This document shows, piece by piece, positions 52,279-62,700 of a stretch of DNA of 64,000 bases. Numbering within the stretch: the first letter of the stretch is position 1; every line of letters begins with the position of its first letter. The stretch is from Basidiobolus meristosporus CBS 931.73 (taxonomy: Eukaryota; Fungi; Basidiobolomycota). The stretch is taken from positions 62,001 through 126,000 of the forward strand of contig MCFE01000119.1 of the NCBI GenBank assembly GCA_002104905.1, written 5' to 3'. Under the pieces are notes generated by a model. That model searched no databases, was not told where the DNA came from, and saw nothing but the letters and a program-made list of their open reading frames with translations. The position numbers were made by a program, and so were the translations under genes.

Positions 52279-53526
52279 ATGGTCCCCATACCAAGCCTCA
52301 ACTCATCTTTAGTACAACCCAGACAAAACCCATCCCCCAGCTCACAAGCGCGGTCCGGACCGGAAAAGTTGATGTCAGATCCGTTTGAGTTCTCGCCAAA
52401 TGATTTTAGTATGGCCCAAGTGTCTATGATGAGCCTTCATACAGATATTTGGGCACTACTGATTAATCTAGCAGAACTAGATACCTCTGAGAGTCAACAA
52501 AGATGGAAGAATTTGAGTAGAAAGCTGTGGCATGACTTCTACATCAAGATGCCAGCCGATGTATGTAAAAAGATATATAACAAGACAAGTATTGAAATCA
52601 AGAATGAGCTGAGAGTGAGGGGATTTGACAAAGAAGCCGCGCGGGAGCGATTTCACGCGCAATTTGCACAGTACGGGCCGGACGCGTCTGTTTGTGCCTT
52701 AACTTTGGGAACCAAAGAGATTTTGAATGAGTTCTTGCCTCAAATGACTAATGTACTACGTGATATATTAGTAGAGCTAAGTGGCTTCCGAGAGCAATAT
52801 ACACAGGACTCATCCAGGCAACAGCTCCAAAGTATCAGACAGAGGGTAAGTGAATACCTTGAGGAATCAGATGGTGAGCTTCAGGAGGAAGAATACAGAC
52901 CGCAAGCAGCATCATCCAGGTTGCGCCAGCACGCCTTGCTGGATTCCCTACCATCTCTTGCAACCACAGCGCGCCGGCGCATGTCAGTCCAGAGTACACC
53001 AACACCCTTTACCAGAACGCCCCACATCAAGTCAACGCGCGTTGGGTCAACACGCATGCTTCAGAGCAAAACTACAAGAACTTGCCAAACTGCTCATTTA
53101 GACACAAGTCCATTGGAGCGGACCAAGTTGCGTCAACTTGCAGCATCACATCAAACTCAGCCAAGGGCCATCTCAACACGTCAAGGCGCGCCTGCGCGTG
53201 TGGTTTTGCCTGACCATCAGCGAGTTACTTCTGGTGAACTGACTGATGATGACCAACATGAAGTGCCTCAACCACCGGAGCCCTTGGCAAGTAAAAGAAC
53301 GCATCAGCGCGTGGCACTACAGGCCGGTTCAGTTGGTTTAGTTGGAGCGATTCAGCACGGCCAAGCTGTAGCATCGCACTCATCAACTAGGAGGCAAAAT
53401 ACTGACTACAAATACACAAGTAGCCAAGATGATAGTCAGCCAGGAAGTAGTATAGGTGTGCAAAGTGAGTCACTACCAAATGCTTCAGTAGTAATCCCTG
53501 TGAGAAAAAAACCCAGGAGAAGATGA
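52279..53526 (+). CDS. Harbinger partner protein ORF2 (helical, possibly Myb/SANT-like N-terminus; low-complexity C-terminus; basic NLS-like tail)
   Basis: 415-aa open frame inside the TIRs; QRWKNLSRK resembles the last helix of Myb/SANT/trihelix domains; ends RKKPRRR; homolog at 36720-37520. The true start may be Met at 52372. Confidence 0.75.
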   Translation: MVPIPSLNSSLVQPRQNPSPSSQARSGPEKLMSDPFEFSPNDFSMAQVSMMSLHTDIWALLINLAELDTSESQQRWKNLSRKLWHDFYIKMPADVCKKIYNKTSIEIKNELRVRGFDKEAARERFHAQFAQYGPDASVCALTLGTKEILNEFLPQMTNVLRDILVELSGFREQYTQDSSRQQLQSIRQRVSEYLEESDGELQEEEYRPQAASSRLRQHALLDSLPSLATTARRRMSVQSTPTPFTRTPHIKSTRVGSTRMLQSKTTRTCQTAHLDTSPLERTKLRQLAASHQTQPRAISTRQGAPARVVLPDHQRVTSGELTDDDQHEVPQPPEPLASKRTHQRVALQAGSVGLVGAIQHGQAVASHSSTRRQNTDYKYTSSQDDSQPGSSIGVQSESLPNASVVIPVRKKPRRR

Positions 53527-56500
53527 TGCGATTGCTTTGAATTGCTCACATTTGTAATGATCCCAACAACCCTTTTTTTTTGCAATCCAAATCAAGCCAT
53601 CGCAAATCAGTGATCATCAATTTTTTGATATAAGTAATATCAAGGTCATCTCACATTTGAGACAGAACCCCTATAAATAAACACCCTGCATATATATACG
53701 TCATCCGTAATACCAGTGCAGCTATTGGATCTGTTTTGCACCTACACAATTGCTTGCGTGCTGGCTATGACACCTTGTCCAATCACTAGGATCAGGGATT
53801 TACTTGCTCAATGAGCAAAATGGGATATTTGATGGCGAATCAGGTAGCTTTTTTAGTAGTCAATGACCCAATTGGGGGCTGCCAGCTTCAGGATACTTTT
53901 GGACCAATTAACCACTGAGATACCGTCCAATTGGAGTGAGGGTAACCAAAATGGTAAGTATTAGTTTAGTTTATAGTGTGATACACATATATTTCCATTT
54001 ACATTAAAGAAACATATCCAAATACCGGATTTTACCTGCCATAATGGCGGTATCCGATTGCGCACGTGATGCTAACATTACAAGTTGGCGTGATCATCCG
54101 TTCCAACCTCATTGTGTCAGATTGTGCCATAGTGTGCAAGATTGTCCTGCATAGTGCAAAATCGTCCAAGAACAATCCTTCCTTCTGGTAGCTATAATAT
54201 TGCACCCAATCGTTCTTTACAACCGCAGATTGTGCCGCATGCCCTGGCACGGTACAATGGAACAAGTCTTATTCCTATCTGTACTAAAAATGACCACAAA
54301 CAGGGATTCTCAGATGTAGTATATTGACTGTGAAGCATCTCAACACTTAACACACCAAATAGAACTTTTTACCCATTATCATGATGTTCCATTTAAGAAT
54401 GTTTTCATGGGTGACAACAAAACACTTGATGCAGTGGGAGAAGGTACTATCCAAGTAAGCCTAAGAGGCAGTGAAGGAAGCCATACACTGACTTTCAAAG
54501 AAGTACTCTATGTACTAGAAATAGCCAAGAACCTACTATCTGTGAGCAAGGCCACTGCAGAAGGACTCAGTTTCAGCTTTGACAATTCTAAATGCAAGAT
54601 CACCGATCAAAATGGTGCCCATATTGCTTTGGGTATCAGAGATCAGAATCTATACAAGTTGACTTATATTCCATCATATTTGGAATTCAATATAAGTAAC
54701 TTGAATGAGGAAACACCAATGCTTTGGCTCCGGAGATTTGGTCACATTGATTTTGATTATTTGCGCAAAATGATCAAAGATCAGCTAATTTCTGGAGTAA
54801 AAAGTGATCACCCAGCTAATTTGGAGCACTGTGAAGCCTGCATATATGAGAAACAAGCCAGACAACCATTCAAGAGCTCTGGGTTAATCAAAACTAAGAA
54901 AAAACTAGATGTAATTCACTCAGATCTGTGTGGACCTATTCAAAATTTATCCTTAGGTGGAATGAAGTATTTAATTGCTTTTATTGATGATTATGCAAGA
55001 TACACTTGGGTCTACTTCATGGAGAGAAAGGAAGAAGCTCTGTCTAAGCTCAGGGAGCTTAAAGCTATCATGGAGAGAGAAACTGGCAAAAAGATCAAGA
55101 AATATGCTCTGACAATGGTGCAGAATATACCTCAAAACTCTTCATCCACTTCTGCAAAATTCAAGGGATAAAGCAAGAGACTACTGTACCATATTCCCCA
55201 CAGCAAAATGAAGCAGCAGAACATGCTCACAGATCAATAATTGGTATAGCAAAATCTATGATCCATGATCAAAAACTATGCTGTGATTATTGGGTGGAAT
55301 TAGTTGCCACTGCTGTATATCTTAAAAATAGGAGTTATAACAGAATACTTTGTGATTTTACTCCATTTGAAGCATGATATGGATACAGACCAAGTGCAGA
55401 CCATCAAATAATATTTGGGTGTAAAGCATATACCAAGAAACTGCCCGGAAATCAGTCAAAATTTGAGCCAAAGAGTGTAAATGCATATTTTTGGGCTACT
55501 GCAATGAGAGTAAAGTATACAGACTCTACAATACCAAAGCAAAGAAGCTAATCACGTCCAGGGATGTGCTGCTTGATGAATATTCAAAATTCTCACAAAA
55601 AATGACATCAGATGATGATACAAATCTGTTCTCAAGTCTACCAATTGTCAGAATTGAATCAGAGCAAAACAGTGAAAATTTTTTCACTTCAAAGGACTCT
55701 ACAACCATGGTTCAGCCAGATTCAGTGCCCAGGAATATCTCAGAAGTGATCATTCTAGAGTCAAATGCCTGGAGATCCAATTGGACAAGAAATAGCCCAC
55801 ATTACTACATCAATGAGGGTACAAACCTAGCCTATGCCAATTCAGTCCATATTGATGAACCCCAGACTGTAAAAAAGGCCCTAAATAGCCCTCAGATGGA
55901 GTTTTGGAGATTGGCAATGACTGAGGAATATCAGGCCCAGATGGAAAATCAAACCTGGGACTTGGTCAAGTTACCAATCAACCAAAAATCAATTGGATGC
56001 AGATGGGTCTTCAGGACAAAATACAAGGCTGATGGTACAATTGAAAGATACAAAGTAAGACTTGTAGCCAAAGGATACTCTCAGACAAAAGGACTTGACT
56101 ATACTGCAACCTTTGCACTGGTAGCCAAGTTTAATTCCATCATATTAATTTTGGCTATTGCAGCCAAAAATAAGTTTTTTATTCATCAAATGGATGTAAA
56201 GCAGTATTTGTGAATGGAGAACTTGCTGAGGATATGTATATGGACCAGCCTGATGGGTTTGTTGACCAAGATAATCCCCATTTGGTCTGCAAGCTTAAAA
56301 AGTCACTATATGGTCTCAGACAATCACCAGGAGCCTGGAATTGCAAGATAGATTCTTATTTGGAATCTTTGAGTTTCAAAAGGAGTAATGCTGACTATAG
56401 TATATACTATAATCCAGATAGAGCAAATCCAGTTCTATCAGCTTTGTATGTGGAAGATCTTATTATAGCCATCAATAACCTAGAAATATTGGAAGAGACT

Positions 56501-59500
56501 AAATCCAGCCTATCTAAGGAGTTCAAGATGTCTGATCTAGGAGAACTCAGTTACTACTTAGGGATTTAGTTCTCCATTGACAGAAGTACCCAGACTATCA
56601 CCCTATGCCAATCCAAGTATATTCAAGATATACTAAAGAAGTACCAAATGGAAGACTGTAAACCAGCAGCTACCTCAATGGAGACAAACCTTAACTTGTC
56701 AAAACTCAACCAACTCAAGAGAGCTTGGTGCATCTGAAAGCCCTGACTTTCCTTATCAATCTATGGTCTGCAGTCTGATGTATATCATGCTTGGAACACA
56801 TCCAGATACTTCATATTCAGTGGGAGTTGTCAGCCAACATAATCAGAACTATGGATCTGATTGTATTGCAGCAACTAAGTGGATTTTTAGATACCTTAAA
56901 GGAACTGCTGATATCTGCTTAGGATACACTTATAAGGATTCAGAACAGGATCTTGTGGGATACTCTGATGCAGATTGGGGACAAGATTTAGAATACAGAA
57001 GATCTACCACAGGATACACCTTACTTTACTGTAAAGGAGCAATTTCATGGAATTCACAAAAGTAACCAACTGTGGCACCTTCTACCACAGAGGCAGAGTC
57101 CATGGCAGCCTGTGAAGCTACAAAAGAAGCAATGTGGTTAAGAAAGCTTTTTACAGATTTAGGTCTATGTCAAAAACACCTATTACATTATTTCAAGATA
57201 ATCAAGGATGTATACAATTAAGTAGAAATCCAACTTTTCATGCTGAAGCCCAGCACATAGATACTGAACATCTTTTCATAGGTGAAGCTATAGAGAATAA
57301 CTAAGTTAGCTTAGCTTACTGCCCTTCAGATGAAATGATTGCAGATATATTTATCAAACCATTAGCTAGACACTGGTTTGAACATCTTAGGTCAAAATTA
57401 GGACTAGTCAGTATCAACATATAGCTAAGTGGGAGCTTTGTAAAAATCTGTAATTCCACCTAAATACTCACCTAACTTGGTCACTTAGATCATTACCTTC
57501 AGATCCTAGAGAATACTGACCAGACTCCTTGTTTGGATTTATTTAGAATATTTTCACCAAAATACCAGGTACCTGGAACATGAATATTCTTAAAGTTGTC
57601 CAAACAGCCCCAAACCTGGCACACATGTTCTTGGGACCTTCCTTAACCTATTCTACATATTTGTTTTGCCAGTACCATGTAAAAGTATAAAACTACTTTT
57701 AAACTCATTGAGTCATTAAGTGAAAACCACATAATCTACTTGTCCTCCCAATCACTTCCAATATCTCCAAGACTCTTACAGCAAATATGTCTGCAATCAT
57801 TTCATCTGAAGGACAGTAAACTAAGCTAACTAAGTTATTCTCTACAGCTTCACCTATGAAATGATGCTCAGTATCTATGTGCTGAGCTCCAGCATGAAAA
57901 GTTGGATTTCTACCTAATTGTATACATCCTTGATTATCTTGAAATAAAGTAATAGGTGTTTTTGACATAGGCCTAAATCTGTAAAAAGCTTTCTTAACCA
58001 TATTGCCTCTTTGGTAGATTCACAGGCTGATATGTACTCTGCCTCTGTGGTAGAAGGTGCCACAGTTAGCTGCTTTCCATGAAATTGCTCCTTTACAGTA
58101 AAGAAAGGTGTATCTTGTGGTAGATCTTCTGTCTTCTAAATTTTGTCCCCAATCAGCATCAGAGTATGCTACAAGTTCCCACTCTGATTCCGTATAAGTG
58201 TATCTTATGCAGATATCAGCAGTTCCTTTTTGATATCTAGAAATCTGCTTAACAGCTGCAATATGATCTGATCCATAGTTCTGATTACACTGGCTTACAA
58301 CTCCCACTGAATATGAGATATCTGTACGTGTTCCAAGCAAGATATACTTTAGACTGTCAACCATAGATTGATAAGGAAAGTCAGGGCTTTCAGATTGCAC
58401 TAAGCTCTCTTGAGTTGGTTGAGTTTTGACAAGTTAAGGTTTGTCTCCATTGAGGTAGCTGCTGGTTTACAGTCTTCCATTTGATACTTCTTTAGTATAT
58501 CTTGAATATACTTGGATTGGCATAGGGTGATAGTCTGGGTACTTCTGTCTATGGAGAACTTAATCCCTAAGTAGTAACTGAGTTCTCCTAGATAAGACAT
58601 CTAGAACTCCATGGATAGCCTGGATTTAGTCTCATTCAATGTTGCTAGGTTATTGGCAACTATAATAAGATCATCTACATATAAAACTGATAGAACTAGA
58701 TTTGCTCTATCTGGCTTACAATATATACTATAGTCAGCATTACTCCTTTTGAAACTCAAAGATTCCAAACAAGAATCTATCTTGCAATTCCATGCTCTTG
58801 GTGATTGTCTGAGACCATATAGTGACTTTTTAAGCTTGCAGGCCAAATGGGGGTTATCTTGATCTCCTTGGATAAGCTTGATTTAGTCTCTTCCAGTGTT
58901 GCTAGGTTATTGGTGTCTATAATAAGATCATCCACATACAAAGCTAATAGAGCTGGACTTGCTCTATCCAGCTTACAATATATACTATAGTCAGCATTAC
59001 TCCTTTTGAAACTCAAAGATTCCAAATAAGAATCTATCTTGCAATTCCAGGCTCTTGGTGATTGTTTGAGACCATATAGTGACTTTTTAAGCTTGCAGAC
59101 CAAAAGGATGTTGTCTTGTTCAGCAAACCCATCAGGCCAGTCCAGGTACACACCCTCATCAAGTCCTCCATTCAAAAATGCTGTTGTTACATCCATTTGA
59201 TGAATAAAAAACCAATATTTGGCTGCAATAGTCAATATCAATCGGATGGAATTAAACTTGACTACTGGTGCAAAGGTCTCAGTAGAGTCAAGTCCTTTTG
59301 CTTGAGAGTATCTTTTGGTCACAAGTCTTGCTTTGTATCTTTCAATTGTACCATCAGCCTTGTATTTTGTCTTGAAGACCCATCTGCATCCAATTGATTT
59401 TTGGTTGAGTGGTAATTTGACTAAGTCCCAAGTTTGATCTTCCATCCAGGCCTGATATTCCTCAGTCATTGCCAATCTCCAAAACTACATCTGAGGGCTA

Positions 59501-59788
59501 TTTAGGGCCTCTTTCAAAGTCTGGGGCTCACTTATATGGACTGAATAGGCATAGGCTAAGTTTGTACCCTTGTTGATATATTAATTTGGGCTATTTCTGG
59601 TCCAGTTGGATCTCCAGGCATTTGATACTGGAGTGACACTTCTGGAATATTCCTGGCAACTGATTTAGGCTGAACCATGGTTGTAGAGTCCTCTCAAATG
59701 AACAAATTCTCATTGTGTTGCTCTGATTCGATTCTGACCATTGGTGGACTTGAGATCAGATTTTTGTCATCATCTGATGTCATCTTTT

Positions 59789-62700
59789 TGTTGTAAGAGT
59801 CTTGGAGATATTGGAAGTGATTGGGAGAACAAGTAGATTATGTGGTTTTCACTTAATGATTTATTGAATGTAAAAGTAGTATTTATACTTTTACATGGTC
59901 TTGGCATTACAAACACGTAGAATAGGTTAAGGAAGGTCCCAAGAACATGTGTGCAAAGTTTGGGGCTGTTTGGACAACTTTGAGAATTTTCATGTTCTGG
60001 GTACCTGGTATTTTGGTGAAAATATTCTAAGTAAATCCCGACAAGGAATTTGGTCAGTATTCTCTAGGATTTGAAGATGATGATCTAAGTGACTAAGTTA
60101 GGTGAATATTTAGGTGGAAAATACGAAATTTTACAACACTCCCACTCAGCTAAATGTTCATACTGACTAGTCCTAATTTTGACCTAAGATATTCAAACTT
60201 GTCTCTAGCTAATGGTTTGGTAAATATGTCTGCAATCATTTCATCTGTAGGACAGTAAACTAAGCTAACTAAGTTATTCTCTATAGCTTCACGTATGAAA
60301 TGATGTCTAATATCTATGTGCTTGGTTCTAGCATGAAAAGTTGGATTTCTACCTAATTGTATACATCCTTGATTATCTTGAAATAAAGTAATAGGTGTTT
60401 TTTGACATAGGCCTAAATCTGTAAAGAGCTTTCTTAACCACATTGCTTCTTTTGTAGCTTCACAGGCTGCCATATACTCTGCCTCTGTAGTAGAAAGTGC
60501 TACGGTTGGTTGCTTTCTTGAATTCCATGAAATGGCTCCTTTACAGTAAAGAAAGGTGTATCCTGTGGTGGATCTTCTGTCTTCTAAATTTCGTCCCCAA
60601 TCAGCATCAGAGTATCCCACAAGATCCTGTTCTGAATCCTTATAAGTGTATCTTAAACAGATATCAGCAGTTCCTTTTAGGTATCTAAAAATCCGCTTAA
60701 CTGCTGCAATATGATCAGATCCATAATTCTGATTATGTTGGCTGACAACTCCCACTGAATATGAGATATCTGGACGTGTTCCAAGCATGATATACATCAG
60801 ACTGCCGACCATAGATTGATAAGGAAAGTCAGGGCTTTCAGATGGCACCAAGCACTCTTGATTTGGTTGAGTTTTGACCAAGTTAAGGTTTGTCTCCATT
60901 GGGGTAGCTGCCGGTTTACAGTCTTCCATTTTGTACTTCTTTAGTATATCTTGAATATACTTGGATTGGCTTAGGGTAATAGTCTGGGTACTTCTGTCTA
61001 TGGAGAACTTAATCCCTAAGTAGTAACTAAGTTCTCCTAGATCGGACATCTTGAACTCCTTAGATAGGCTGGATTTAGTCTCTTCCAATGTTTCTAGGTT
61101 ATTGGCGGCTATAATAAGATCATCCACATATAGAGCTAATAGAACTGGATTTGCTCTATCTGGCTTATAGTATATACTATAGTCAGCATTACTCCTTTTG
61201 AAACTCAAAGATTCCAAATAAGAATCTATCTTGCAATTCCAGGCTCTCGGTGATTGTTTGAGACCATATAGTGACTTTTTAAGCTTGCAGACCAAATGGG
61301 GGTTATCTTGGTCAACAAAACCATCAGGCTGGTCCATATACACGTCCTCATCAAGTTCTCCATTCAAAAATGCAGTTTTTACATCCATTTGATGAATAAA
61401 AAACTTATATTTGGCTGCAATAGCCAATATTAATCTGATGGAATTAAACTTGGCTACCGGTGCAAAGGTCTCAGTATAGTCAAGTCCTTTTGTTTGAGAG
61501 TATCCTTTGGCTACAAGTCTTGCTTTGTATCTTTCAATTGTACCATCAGCCTTGTATTTTGTCTTGAAGACCCATCTGCATCCAATTGATTTTCGGTTGA
61601 TTGGTAATTTGACTAAGTCCCAAGTTTGATTTTCCATCAGGGCCTGATATTCCTCAGTCATTGCAGATCTCCAAAACTTCGTCTGAGGGCTATTTAGGGC
61701 CTCTTTTACAGTCTGGGGTTCATCAACATGGACTGAATAGGCATAGGCTAAGTTTGTACCCTCATTGATATAGTAATTTGGGCTATTTCTTGTCCGATTG
61801 GATCTCCGGGCATTTGATACTGGAATGATCACTTCTGGGATATTCCTGGGCACTGATTCTGGCTGAACCACGGTTGTAGAGTCCTCTGGAGTGAAAAAAT
61901 TTTCATTGTTTTGCTCTGATTCAATCCTGACAATTGGTGGACTTGAGATCAAATTTTCGTCATCATCTGATGTCATTTTTTGTGAAAATTTTGAATTTTC
62001 ATCAAACAACACATCCCTGGACTTGATCAGCTTCTTTGCTTCGGTATTGTAGAGTCTGTATGCCTTACTCTCATTGCAGTAGCCCAAAAATATGCATTTT
62101 ACACTTTTTGGATCAAATTTTGACTGATTTCCGGCCAGTTTTTTGGCATATGCTGTACACCCAAATATTCTTAGATGTTCTGCACTTGGTCTGTATCCAT
62201 ACCATGCTTCAAATGGAGTAGAATCACGAAGTATTCTGTTATAACTCCTATTTTTAAGATATACAGCAGTGGCAACTGATTCCGCCCAAAAATCATAGGA
62301 TAATTTTTGATCATGGATCATAGATCTTGCCATATCAATTATTGATCTGTTAGCTCGTTCTGCTACTCCATTTTGCTGTGGGGAGTATGGTACAGTAGTC
62401 TCTTGCTTTATCCCATGAATTTTGCAGAAGTGGATGAAGAGTTTTGAGGTATATTCTCCACCATTGTCAGAGCGTATTTTCTTGATTTTTTCACCAGTTT
62501 CTCTCTCCACCATGGCTTTGAACTCCCTGAGCTTAGACAGAGCTTCTTCCTTTCTCTCCATGAAGTAGACCCATGTGTATCTTGTATAATCATCAATAAA
62601 AGTGATTAAATACTTCATCCCGCCTAAGGATAAATTTTGCATAGGTCCACACAGATCTGAGTGAATTAGATCTAATTTTTTCTTAGTTTTGATTAACCCA

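Larger units (their letters stand above)
50852..54269. mobile_element. Complete PIF/Harbinger-like (PHIS group) DNA transposon, 3418 bp
   Basis: 15-bp identical TIR AGACTTGTTCCATTG; TAT TSD at 50849-50851 and 54270-54272, confirmed against the uninterrupted Copia sequence GATAGACTATTCATATC; GTGCC subterminal repeats; two divergent ORFs. Confidence 0.95.
42575..57783 (+). mobile_element. Copia family 1 copy B, full length with both LTRs (42575-42923, 57436-57783), split by Gypsy and Harbinger insertions
   Basis: AATAT TSD at 42570-42574 and 57784-57788; decayed PBS AGTTATGAACCC; gag 42955-43536 and 50648-50851; pol 54270-57424 with stops. Confidence 0.92.
42136..59788 (-). mobile_element. Copia family 1 copy C (3' LTR 42136-42485; pol 42486-42574 and 57784-59788), host of copies B and D
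   Basis: The RNase H sequence GGTAAATAT-GTCTGCAATC rejoins across copy B. RT ORFs 58777-59475, 58601-58846, 58400-58600 and 58020-58400. Confidence 0.88.

Noticed and set aside
53951-53959. ATACTTACC on the minus strand, matching the 5' end of U1 snRNA
   Set aside because: Only 9 nt match, with no U1 stems or Sm site; it is simply the complement of a splice-donor consensus.
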